Origin: Sminthopsis crassicaudata
Taxonomy: Eukaryota
Reading direction: 5' to 3'
DNA: 64,000 nucleotides
NCBI RefSeq assembly: GCF_048593235.1
Contig: NC_133618.1
Span: forward strand, 476,291,294 to 476,355,293
Below are positions 36,311 to 48,380 of the stretch, piece by piece. Below the pieces are notes generated by a model that saw only the letters and a program-made list of their open reading frames with translations, was not told where the DNA came from and searched no databases. Each line of letters opens with the position of its first letter. Positions within the stretch are counted from its first letter, which is position 1. The position numbers and the translations under genes are program-made.

Positions 36311-37549
36311 CTCATCCATCACCTCTACTACCAAAAAAAGGATCATAGGAGGTGATAAATGATTTTTTAAAAATTGACTTGACTTACCATGGGTGTATGG
36401 TTTATTATGGATAAAAGTGGATCTGGAATGCCAATCTCCTGCCTCCAAATACAATGTTTTTGTTTTTATTTTTGTTGTTGTGACAATTGTTGTTTTTCAC
36501 TACTTTACATGAATGCTTGGGAGATCGCTTCAACTGAGACCAGAACTGGAGTGGCTCTCATGACCTCTCAAAATCCACACTCTTAGATACCCCCATGATT
36601 GGACTTTGCCTCTCCAGCAGTGAGTAGGATGGAGTAAAATAGCATTTGTCTTGGAATGAGACCTGGATTCAAATTCTAGTTCTGCTAATTTATGGCCTTA
36701 AACAAATTGCTTCTCTTTGCTAGATCTCATTTTTCTTTTTCACATACTAAATAGAGTCATTACAAAGGATGATCTCTGAGATTTCTGTCAGCTCTAAATC
36801 TCATGATCCTGTGAATTAATGAGAAGATCTTACCTGCTACTAAGTGAGCAGCAAGGATATCATAGCATCGATATGTTTTGAGCTAATAAAGAACTCAAAA
36901 GCAGAAGAGGGATGCTTTTTCAATCTAGTTGTTTGGTAATTGGAAATACAATTATGTCATGGGGAGACAGACCCCACTTAATCTGAGTATAGATTCAGTA
37001 ACAATGATAACTTCTACTCTCCCACCCTTATGAGCACAGTATAGTTCTCTCTAAATCACCAAATCTGAGTCAAATTTATTTTATTTTATTTTTCTGGATA
37101 AGTTTCTCTTTCTTCCTTTGTTCTTTCTGTCAATGACTCTATTACAATCTGGAAATCTACAGGTGCGGAAAGATAAGATGAAATTTGGAGACTCTTCTGA
37201 GACAGAGGATCAATGATTGCAGCAGACATCTGGAGTAGACCAAGGAGATGATCAGGAATAGTCTTAGATCTCTGAGGCAAGACTTTCACCCTTATGTCAT
37301 GTCATGTCAAGTCACATCAATAAGCATTTAAAACGTGCTTACTGTGTGCCAGGCAAAGTGCTGAATGCAGTAGGATATAAGACAAAAACTAGTCCCTGTC
37401 CTCAAGGAGCTCAATTTCTAATAGGTATAGACAGCACTGTACCAAGAATGCAGATCTCACTGGATCCTAGAGAATGTGGAAGAAGGTATAGTCTAAGAAA
37501 ACTAGAAGGGTAATAAGGGATTTTGTCATAAAGAACTTTAAACATGAAA

Positions 37550-37920
37550 CAGGATTTTATATTTGCTTCAACGACATTGACTTCCTTGTTTTTCCTTGGC
37601 CATGATACTCCATACATTTTTACTGGCTATCTCCAATTCCTGAAATGTTTTCCCTCTTTATCTCTGCTTCCTGAGATCCTGAATTCCTTCAATCTCAGTT
37701 TGAATCTGCAAAAGGTGTCCATCAATATTCGTGACTTTTCTTTGCTAATACTTCCAATTTTACACATACACACCTATCTTATATGTGCATAATTGTTTAC
37801 TTATTGTCTTTCTCCTCCATGATAATATGAACTCTTTGAGAACAGTAACTGTTTTTGCCTTTCTTTGTATCTCAGTACATAGCACAGTTCCTGGGAAGAA
37901 GAAAGTGCTCTAATAATTGT
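37550..37920 (+). mobile_element. L2 3' end
   Basis: ttccttgtttttccttggccatgatactcc...gaactctttgagaacag...catagcacagttcctgg. Confidence 0.65.
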
Positions 37921-39479
37921 TGACTCAATTTCCCAGCTGAACTATCTCATGAGAGAGACTGAATCTAGAACAGAAACCCCAGAATTCTTTCTCTCTGTTA
38001 CATGTTGTCATTCAACATCCTGCTTTTTGCCAGAAAGTCTTAAAATGGCAGCTGAAATTTATTCTGGGGAAGAGCAGAGAAATGGATAGTGAGACAAAGA
38101 TAAGAGGAAAGCAAAGTTGAAGGTTTGTGAATTAAAGTATAGCCTAGGAAAAAATGGTCAGTGAATGAATCATCCAGCATTAGTAAGCATCTATTATGGT
38201 ACAAGAATTATTAGGTGCTGAAGAGAGAGAAAAATGGAAACAATCCCTGTCCTCAAGGAGCTTCCATTCTATAGTATAAATATATCAACAAGTATAAATA
38301 ATCAAAAAAATAAAATGTATGTAAGAGGTAAGACAGTATTTTTGAAGGAAGTAAAGAAGTTCCCTAATAGCTGGGGAAATGAATTTTATTCTATCAAGAG
38401 ATCAGCTTTTGATTCCTGAAGCTTCAATTAGTCATCAACCCATCCCAAAGCCAGGAAATGACTGCAGGAACCTCTCCTCTGGAGCTGTTACTGTCCCTAT
38501 TGCAGATTTGAGTGTGGAAGCTACTTTGTGACTCCATGGAGAAGAAGATTGTTAAAATGCAGTTAAATATTAATTAGAGACAGTCATATTGTTAAGAGTC
38601 CAACTTGAGTATCTTCTGTGCCTGGTGCATATTAATGTGACTCCTGCAGCTAGCCCCTCTCCTTTGCACAGAAAAGTGGGGTCTTTTATCTTTTAAAAAT
38701 AAATACGAAAAAACTCTCTACCTGGTAAAGGGCCTTTCTTAGAGATGCAGTAGGAAGGTCCCAGTGGAGACAATGACTTGTTTAGAATTTCCAGGATCCA
38801 CAGAATTAAGAGTTAGAGTTAGTTACATAAAGGGTATATCAATAGACACAAAATGTATATTCATGTTGCCATAAAAACAGATACATTGGACACGTAAACA
38901 GCATTAGATTTTGTTCTCTGACTTGTCTGTGGCTTAACAATGCAATGATCTGGCTAGCTCTTCAGAGAAATACAGATTTAGGGTTAGAAAGCATCAGCGA
39001 AGCCATGAAACAGTCCTGCCCCCCACCCTCTCATTTTACAGGTGAGGAAAATAAGAATCAGAGAAATGAGGTGGTTTGTAAAGGCTCACAAAGCTGGCGT
39101 GTGTCTGAGTTGGAATTCAGACTTGAGTCTTCCTGATACCACATTCAGTGCCTTTGCCACTAAGCCATACTGGCTTTCTTCCTAATCTTTAACGTGTTGA
39201 GCAATCAGTGCAAGTCAAAGTTATAACCTGCAGCCTTGCTCATGACAACCTGTGCAGACAAACTGTCCCATTTCATCTCAATCCACTGAACCCAAGACTT
39301 TAACTCTACAAAGGCAGACTCTGGGTGAAGGGGAGTTGTGCAGAGAACTGCAACGTTCAGTGGGAGGAGAAGTGAAGTTGTAGTCTGAGAATTGGATTCA
39401 AATTCTAATGTTGCCACCTGAGTAGCTTTGCATGAAAGACAACTTTTATAGACTTGAACTAGAGGACAGCAAGTTTGCA

Positions 39480-39700
39480 TAGGGGTTAGAATGCTGCACC
39501 TGGCATTGCCTCCATCAGTCACTAGCTGAGCAAACCTAAGCAAATCACTTCACCTCTGTCTGCCTCAGTTTTCTAATCTATAAAATGGGGGATGGTAATA
39601 GAACATACCTCCCAAGGTGATAGTATGTGGATAAAATGAGAGAATATTTGTAAGGTACTTTGCAAACCTTCAAGTAATAATGCTGTCTACTATTAGCTTC
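39480..39700 (+). mobile_element. MIR SINE
   Basis: caaatcacttcacctctgtctgcctcagttttctaatctataaaatgggg core and tail. Confidence 0.75.
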
Positions 39701-40009
39701 TTCAACTGTAAAAAGAAGAGGTCTAATGGTACCTATCTCTAGGAAGAGGGAGGGAAAAGGAATGGGAAGAAAAAAAGAAATTTACACTATAACTGTTGTT
39801 TTTTTTTAAAAGAATAGCAAATAGTACATGTAAATTTGCAGTTTCATGTGCAATCTTTTTTTATATATACTATGTTATGGAAACGCTTGTTTTATTCCAT
39901 AAATTAAAAAAGGAAGTTGGACTATGGAGCCTTTGAGGTCTCACTTAGTTCTAAATCTATATATCTAAAAAGCAGTTCATTTGAATAAGATCTGGGGGTT
40001 TGAGTGAAG

Positions 40010-41370
40010 TGCAAACTCAACATGAGTCAAGTGTGTCATGGAAACCAAAGAAGCTATTGTTTTCTTAGGCTATATTAAGAGAGTCAGTGTCCAGAACAGA
40101 GGAGTTTTGTATTCAATTCTGGGCATCACATTTCTGGAAAGACACTGACAAACTAGAATGTGTCCTGAAGTGGAGTACATTACTTGTTCAGACATATGGT
40201 ACTTGTGAGTTGGTGATTTAAGTCCACAGAGCAATGATGAACCTAGAGGCCATATGCTGTGAAGAATACATGAAAGACTTAGAGATATTTAGTTTGAAGA
40301 AGAGGAGAATTAGAGGGGATAGGTTGTCTCTATTCAAGCCCTTTAAGGACTTTATGTGGAAAAAAGGATTAAACTTATTTTGCTCAATGCCATGGGGATG
40401 GCAGTGGAGCAATAGGTCTCTCAGCCAATAAACATTTGTTAAATCCCTAGTATGGACCTAGCAGTGGGAATTTTAAAAAGGTCAAGGATAGTGTCTGTTT
40501 TCAAGAAGTTCAAGGAAGGAGACAATATGTAAACAGCTATGTAGAAACAAGTTATATATAGCATAAATTTGAAATAATCAACTGTAGGAAAGCACTAGAA
40601 ATAAAGGAAATGGGGAAAAGCTTCCTCAGGTGATGAAATTTTAACTAAAACTCAAAGGAATCAGTAGGTGGAGATGAGGGAGAAAATTACAGATATGGGG
40701 GACAGTCAGAGAAAATGTTCAATGTTTGGAAATGGGGTATTTTGTTTAAAGAATAGAAAAGAGGCCAGAACTGCTAGATCACTGTGTAGGTAGGGATATG
40801 TAATGTGTAACAAGACGAGAGAAAGGGAGGGTGGGGTTATGAAGGGCTCCAAATACTAAATAAGATTTTCTATTTAATGTTGGAGGTGAGAGGGAGTCAC
40901 TATGCTCTATTGTTCTGAGTCTTCCTGATATCACAGGAGGAGGAACAAATTAAAGGCAAGAAGATCAACCAGCAAGCTATTGCAATAGTCTAGCTTAAAG
41001 TCCTGCCTGCATCAAGGTAGTATGAGTGACATAAGAAGTGAAGTGATGTTATACAAGAGATGAGTACAAATCAGAGAAACAGGTCTAGGCTCTACAAATG
41101 TAAAACAAACGAGTGAAAGAAGGAAAGAGAGATTGAAGGAATGAATAAACAAACAAACAAAAAAATAAAACCAAAATCCTATTAGAGCTATTCAAAATGA
41201 AGTAGATTACTTGGGGAGGTAGTGAGCTTGTCATCATTAATGATCTTGAAGGAAAACTTTCCTAAAAATGTGATAAAAGGGAAGCTTGTTCAGGTATAGG
41301 TAGGACTAGCTGCCCTCTGAAGTTCCCTCCAAGATTCTGAAATTCTGTGGTTCTATGATCCTGAGATAAT
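40010..41370 (+). mobile_element. L3/CR1 3' region (40010-40410 and 41170-41370) split by an antisense L2 (about 40430-41020)
   Basis: aactcaacatgagtcaagtgtg...ttcaattctgggcatcacattt...tttagtttgaagaagaggagaattagagg; terminal ctctgaagttccctccaa...ttctgtggttctatgat. Confidence 0.7.
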
Positions 41371-41507
41371 TATACAGATAGTGATATAGATATGGTGTCT
41401 TCCAGGAAAATAGCTCAGGTTCTGGTGATATTATTTATTGTTTCTGGACTCCAATTTAATTCATTTCAACAAAGATTTATTAAGCATCTAATGTGTGCAG
41501 AGCATTT

Positions 41508-41511
<4 letters not shown>

Positions 41512-41581
<70 letters not shown>
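41512..41581. repeat. (TA)35 microsatellite inside an antisense L2 tail
   Basis: 70 bp uninterrupted. Confidence 0.98.
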
Positions 41582-41588
<7 letters not shown>

Positions 41589-42811
41589 TAAGTGTGATAC
41601 CAAGTTTAGGTAAGGTAAGCTTTCTACCCTCATGGATTGATAATGTAAAAAGGGTAGCCCAGAAAAGCACGCTTTATTGTATAAATGGGTACAAACAGGG
41701 TCTACCAATTTCCTGGCTCAAAATTTAATAATTTACTATCTTCTCCACATCTATTTTCCAAAGACAAGATAAACAAGAAAGGGCTAGGAAGGAAACTAGG
41801 TTAGGTAAGAACACAGCAACAATCACATTTTGAGGGAGTTTATTTGGGGATGTTCGACTTCTTCAGTTAAAATGGCCATTCAGATCATTAATCATGATAA
41901 ACACATTCATTACATCTGTATCTGATTTCCTGATTTTTCCTAATGTTCACTATTCAGTGAGACTGAGAATTAAATAGAAAAATCCAGATCTTGCTTCTCC
42001 CTTCTCCCTCCCCCATTTCTTTGGCTCTTTGTTTATTCTATCCAATTCCCCAAAGTGCTGTCACTCTCATAGGAATAAAGATCTATCTGTCTGTCTGTCT
42101 GTCTATCTATTTATCTATCTGAGAGGTTGTCCAACCAGAGTTATAGTTCTGAGTTTTCAAACCATGCAGCAAATGTAAACTGAGGAAATCTGCCTCTCTT
42201 GATTCGGTGGGTTTTTGTGAAACATCCACCCGCAGACAGGCAGACCTGCACTCTGAAGCAAGTCATTTTGTTTTCCCTTCTAATTGTGGGGGTTTTCTTT
42301 TAAGTTCTTTAGCAGCCATTGTTCAGAAAGGAAGCAAGAGACACAGAGACAGAGACAGAGGGAGATACATTAGCCTTCTATAATAAAGTAGTTCATGGCA
42401 CAATTAAAATGATGTAGTAGAAAAGTAACATGATATGCTGAATTTAAATAACGAAAGCTGATTAAGGAGGACATCAGAATTAAATGCTTGATGGAATTGA
42501 CATAACCAATCCAAGATGGCTGCCCCAGGTTTCAGCTGAGAAGTTTTGCCAACCAGTGATATTTTCCAGGCAAATTTGTTGATAGATAAAACATTTTTAT
42601 AGACTTTCCATTATTTCTTGTAGCCATCAGTTTTTAATTTTCTCTTTCTAGTTAATATACTTGTGTATAATTTAAACAGAAAACTGTTCTGTTTCATCAT
42701 AAAAGATTTGCCCGTTACTTTGGCTGCGTAAATCAAGTGGACAGCGAAACATTCTCAAACTTGTTTTTTTAAGGCATTTGTTGACAACAACAGGAAAAGA
42801 GATCACAGACA

Positions 42812-42975
42812 NNNNNNNNNNNNNNNNNNNNNNNNNNNNNNNNNNNNNNNNNNNNNNNNNNNNNNNNNNNNNNNNNNNNNNNNNNNNNNNNNNNNNNNNN
42901 NNNNNNNNNNNNNNNNNNNNNNNNNNNNNNNNNNNNNNNNNNNNNNNNNNNNNNNNNNNNNNNNNNNNNNNNNNN
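42812..42975. other. Assembly gap (164 N)
   Basis: Run of N. Confidence 1.
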
Positions 42976-44669
42976 ACTGAGATCTTGTTTAGTTTTATAG
43001 TTTAGCAAAAAAGATATGTTTGCTAAATCTGAATCATGAAGCAAGCATGGGAAAGATTGTATTTATTGGCATGGAGCACATTCTTTAGATTGGTGATTTA
43101 GTGACAGAAGAAGATATAGAAAGGAAGATTACTTGAAAATCCCAAATGTTTGTCTACAACTGTTTGACTTGACAACTTCACATTCATGTGTTAAATGGCT
43201 ATTGTTCCTGTGGATACTTTTGATTATTAAATTGGGTATTTTAGTTAAGCCATCTTGATTTGACATTTAATAATTCATTTATCAGCCTTTCTCAGAATGT
43301 AGCTCACCAAATCCACTAAGGCTAGCATAAGCTTAAGGCCCTTATGGAAGTTTTGTACAAATTCTTCCTTTTTACAGTCACCAACAACATAGGTCTCGAG
43401 AATTTTCTTTCACTTTCTGGTGCTCCAAAGGCATAAGCAAGTTAGTAAAATTTCCTGGATGTGATCATCAAGTGATCAGAGATACAGTCACCAAGCATTT
43501 AAAGTGTGAGTAGATGGGCTGCCATTTTTGAATTTCATTTGATCATGAAGAGCCTGATAGAAATTTTTGTCATACATGCTCCTCAATATGGATAGACAAA
43601 GCTGCACCTGGAGATTCTCCCCACTGGACCCCTTATCAATAATGAAATTTTCAATAAGGCCAGAAATAGAGGCAATAAGTAGATGGGACACTATGCCTGG
43701 AATCCTCAACCCATGGAATGGTTGATCACTATTTCTGCCATTGGTTTCTCTTTTCATGTGCCTATCCCACACTCTTGGTACAATGTTATAGATTGCTCTA
43801 AGGGGCCCAATTATCTCTGCCCTAATGGTGAAGGCACTGAATCAGTTCACTATGGGGAACATGGAGACACGTGCAGCCCAATTCTTCCTATTCACGGATC
43901 TTCAAGGAGTGCAAAGGAGGGGAACAGAGCAGTAACAGCTATAATGAAACTATCAGAAGCATTAAGAAAAACTGTACAGTATAGCATATGCACAGTTCAG
44001 GCCTTTTCTTCACACCTCAGAATGCAACAGGATTACCAGTCAAACTCAATCTGTCGCCACGCCAATGGAAATATACTTTTCTGAGGAAAGGCTGTTTTCA
44101 CCTGATGAGTCCACCATCCGATGCATGTCTCCTGTGAGGTTGATGGAATCCCTCCTACTACAGGAAAAGACCATATTGTTCAGTCATATACTGGAAGCTT
44201 TCCTGTAGAAAACACAAAAAGGTGAATCTTCCCCTTCTTTCAACAATTTCTATCTGCCCAAGTGTCCCCAGGAACTTGGAATTACTATCCATTTGGAATC
44301 ATCAGAAAAAACTGGAATGCTGAGAATCTAAATGAAAATGTGACTATATTCATTCTTGTCATTCTTTCTCTATCTTTTCTACCAAAATTCCAAGGAAAGA
44401 AAGTGTTTATATTTAAAGCCCAACTATATTGATGAGATGATCTCTTTCAGATAATGATGGTCTGGCAATCCATGGAGATAGTTATATCCTCCAAGATGTT
44501 ATAGCCTTCATGAAGGATAGTTGTACAAAGGACATGGATAAAATAGACAAAATCAGTCCTTGTTCTGAAGCCCTAAATAATATTAATATTGTTATTGAAA
44601 GTTTTCAGGGCATTTTGCAGGCTCAATATTGTTTGATCCTTACAATAATAATGGGGGTAAGTGCTACAA

Positions 44670-44890
44670 GGGCATAGTGGGTAGGGCACCAGAGAATCAA
44701 CTTGGAGTTAAAAAAACCTGAATTCAAATAGGATCCTGGGCAAATTACTTAAACCTGTTTGACTCAGTTTCCTCATCTGTAAAAATGAACTGGAGAAGGA
44801 AATAGAAAACCACTCCAGTAATCTCTGCTAAGAAAACTCCAAATGGGATCGTGAAGAGTTGGACATGACTAAAATGATTCAATAACAACA
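44670..44890 (+). mobile_element. MAR1 SINE nested in an antisense MIR
   Basis: Core ctcagtttcctcatctgtaaaaatgaactggagaaggaaat...; imperfect TSD aagtgctaca / aaatgctaca; MIR resumes on the right. Confidence 0.8.
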
Positions 44891-46479
44891 AAATGCTACA
44901 GGTTTTATCACCTCCATTTGGAAGATAAGGGAACAGAGACTCAGAGACTTAATGAGTTGTACAGAATTATAGTACATGACTTATAGGGAACTCAAACTCA
45001 GATTTTCCCAATTCCACATTCCACAATCCAACTATTACAAATGCACCTTTGAATACCAAATCTTCTGCTGGTAAGTAGTAATTTGTTACAAGTGAGGGGA
45101 AAATTTCAGTGATTCCAATTCTCTTGTTACCATTGGTTGAGAAAGGAATATGTTACCAATATTCTATGGAGGAATTGAGTATGGATAGACAGATGGAATA
45201 ATCATTCATTTTTACTATTTATTACTATGTACCAGGCAATGTTCTAAGAATTTTTTTTTAAATCATCTCATTTGATGTTCACAACAACCCTGTGAGGTGG
45301 ATGCCATTATTTCCATCTTATAGTTGAGGAAACTGAGGTAGACAGAAATTAAGTGAATTATCCAGGATCACACAACTAATAAGTATGTGAAATTGGTTTT
45401 GAACTTGGGTCTCCCTGACTAGAAGTTGCATTGTAACCCCTGCACCACCTATCTGTCTAATTGATTTCATTTTCAAAATTGGAAATGACACTCTTGAAAT
45501 AGAATGATTCTACTTGCTTAATTTCAGCATTTCCAGAGATCAAGGTAGATCAGGACTGGTTTGGGCTCTGTATGATAAGTTCAGTGCTTTCAAATAGCAA
45601 ATAAACAAACAAAAAAGTAGCTTTTGCTTGATTATTGTTCTCTTGTTAGATTTTTTTCTCCAACAATATTCTTAGTTGTCAGTTTTGATTGATCCTTGTG
45701 TTTGGAGAGTTTCCAACTCTACACTTTATTTTATTATGGGCAGGTGGTGTCTACAGGGCACTCATTGAAACAAGAAACAGGCAATTATCTTGACATCAAG
45801 AATTTTTATTTTCAATTTGACTTATTTGTTTTTCTCATTTACACCAATCTAGACATCCCCATCATCTTCATTTATAATGGCTTTGAGATTTGCAAAGTAG
45901 TTTATATATATATATACATATTATCTCATTAGCTGATCAGAGCCATGTGCAGTAAGTACTATTATACCCACTTTGCAGATGAAGAAAAAGGAGGCCCAGT
46001 TATTTGCCCAAAGTCACACAGTTAATAAATATGTCAAAGACAGAACTGGCGTCTAAGTCTTTCTAAGTATAAGTCCTTCTGTCCTTTATATGTTTGCTGC
46101 CTAGCATTAAGATGTTCCCTACCCCCAAACATATCATACTATGAGGAAGAGTTCAGGAACAAAAAAATCTATTTGTATTCTAATTGAAGAGACAAGCCTA
46201 ACAAAATTAAAAATAATTATAGCAAAATAAGAGAGGATATAATTAATTGTTCATAGATTTTGACTAAGTCTTTTGAAAGAAAGAAAATGGAGAAGTCTGT
46301 AGAAGTCAATCACAGAAGTACTTCTATGACAGATACTATGACCAAATACTATGAATACAAAGCAAGTCAAAATGTGATCCCTGTCCTCAAGTATCTTATA
46401 TTCTAATGGGAAGGACAACCTAAAAATTAATTGTCTGTCTGTCTATCTATCTATAATTTATTTGCATTTAAATATATAT

Positions 46480-46700
46480 TTGGGCAGTTAAGTGGCATTG
46501 GGCTTAGAATCAAGAAGACTCATAATCCTGAGTTCTAATCCACCTCAGACCCTTACTGATGGTATGACCTTAAGCAAGTCACTTAACTCTTTTTGTCTCA
46601 GGTTCCTTATCTGCAAAATGAGCTAGAGATGCAAACCACTCGTTTCTTTGCAAAGAAAATCTGAGTCAGACAAGACTGTAATGACTGAACAATAAGGAAA
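46480..46700 (+). mobile_element. MAR1 SINE
   Basis: gggcagttaagtggca head through gcaaaccactcgtttctttgcaaagaaaa...gaatgactgaaca tail. Confidence 0.78.
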
Positions 46701-48129
46701 TATATGTATTTATATGAGTATGTAGACACAAATGTACACAAAATAATGAAAGTCCATTTCAAGTAGTCGTATCAGAAGGAAATGAGGGATGATGGGGGAA
46801 CGAGGAAATACCTAGTCTAGTCATAGTCTAGTCTAGTCATCTAGTCTAGATGGAAAAAACTGTGGTTCAAGGAGGTTAAATTGGTTGTTAAATATCCAAT
46901 GGAAACTTAGGGGGTTAGGACTTGAACTCATACCGTTACTCCCAGTTTAGTGCTCAACATTGGCTTTTTAGAGTAAACTCAGCCTATATGTCCCCTAAAA
47001 TAGTAGAAGATAATCAGACTGTATCCTGACCTCTGCTGATGGAATCTTGGCTCATCTGAGCCCTTTGTATCTTTACTTCAAATTACATGAGAATATTTCT
47101 TTAAACACATTATGCAAGCATTTTAAAAAAATCAGTTTGTATTTTAGAAGTCCTTGAGATTTCGTTTATCAGGCTAGGGGAAAAGTTAAGGACATCAAGG
47201 ACTGTACTCAGAGGGATATAAGGGTTTGAGTTTTGGGAAATTATTAAGTATATACAATGACGAGACCCAAAGCCAACGTCAGGTTATTTCGCTGTGTGAG
47301 GTATGGATGTCTGTGGAGGGATGAGTAGGTCTCACCCTTCCCAAAGCTGAAGTTAAGCAAATGAATGAGGCTAATGTTCTCAAAGGCCTCATCTTGATTA
47401 CATAAAGAGCTCCTTGGCAGGAGTACCTTCAGTACCCAGCGTGGATCTCAAAAGCGCTTCTTACTAATAATGTTTAGTCCTTGTCCAGAGAAAACTTCAG
47501 AAGCTTTACAGCTGTGGAAAATCAAATGTTTTCTCAGAAATTTACTAGAGCTATGCTGAGCTGTTCCCTCTCTCTGGGAAATCACACTAGCACCCTTTCC
47601 GTGCTCTTGCTGAAATATTCCTCCTTGGGCTTCCCTATTTACCTGTTCATGGCTTGGATGGACCATGAGCTTGTGTTGACACTCACCACTTGGCCAAATG
47701 GTCTTTCCCAGATGACAGGTTCTCACCTTAACTTTATTCCCTTGAAGCTACTGGTTAGTGGCCAGGCACTGAGCGATTACTAACTGGCTCACTGACTGAC
47801 AATTTACTCATCTTTGTTTGACTTGTTTCTGGTTCATTCAGCTCAAACATTCAAACCAGATGTGTGCAGGAGACTCCATGCTAGCACTGGACATAGAATC
47901 AGAACCTCTGCATTTACATTCTGGTTTTACCATTTACTCGCTCTATATTTCTATGTAAGACTCTTCACATATCTGGGCTTCTTCAAGGTTTGTCTTCATT
48001 TTTTAAATTAATGGTTCTTGCCTGACTGTGTCCTTGAACATATCGTTGAAACATAATGTTGTTTTCATTTGGATGGAGATAAGATCATATGTGTGAAATC
48101 TGAGAAATAGTCTCTCCTTCCTCTAATAG

Positions 48130-48380
48130 TTAATAATAGCTAACATTTCTATAGCCCTTACTATGGGCCTGGCTTTGTGCTAAGAGCTTTCTCATTTGAT
48201 CCTCACAGTGATCTTTGAAGATAAATAGTATTATTCCCTGTTTTACAGATGAGGACACTGAGGCAAACAGGTAAAGTGAATTGCACAGGGTCATACAACT
48301 GTTACATGTCTGAGGTTGGATTTGAACTTAGGTCTTTTTAACTCCAAAGCCAATGTCCTATCCAGGTGCCCCTTAGCTGC
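48130..48380 (-). mobile_element. MIR/MAR SINE
   Basis: ttttacagatgaggacactgaggcaaacagg...ggatttgaacttaggtctt. Confidence 0.8.

Noticed and set aside
41392-41728. YIYIYI, THTHTH, SLSLSL and FIHLFI ORFs here and at 2838-3120, 6453-6694, 14510-14940 and 25526-25829
   Set aside because: Translations of microsatellites and low-complexity DNA.
43683-44084. 133-aa plus-strand ORF, the longest gap-free ORF not explained by a repeat
   Set aside because: No recognisable domain or splice context, and this length is expected by chance in 64 kb; kept only as part of an unexplained segment.
46810-46850. Short (TAGTC)n run; also (TCTAA)n at about 18850-18900 and gggacttg repeats at about 1210-1260
   Set aside because: Ordinary short simple repeats with no further structure.
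47250-47310. ATG ACG AGA CCC AAA GCC AAC GTC AGG TTA TTT CGC TGT GTG AG|GTATGG, a possible mini first exon (MTRPKANVRLFRCV)
   Set aside because: Only modest CpG enrichment, a middling donor and an unrecognised peptide; indistinguishable from chance without conservation data.
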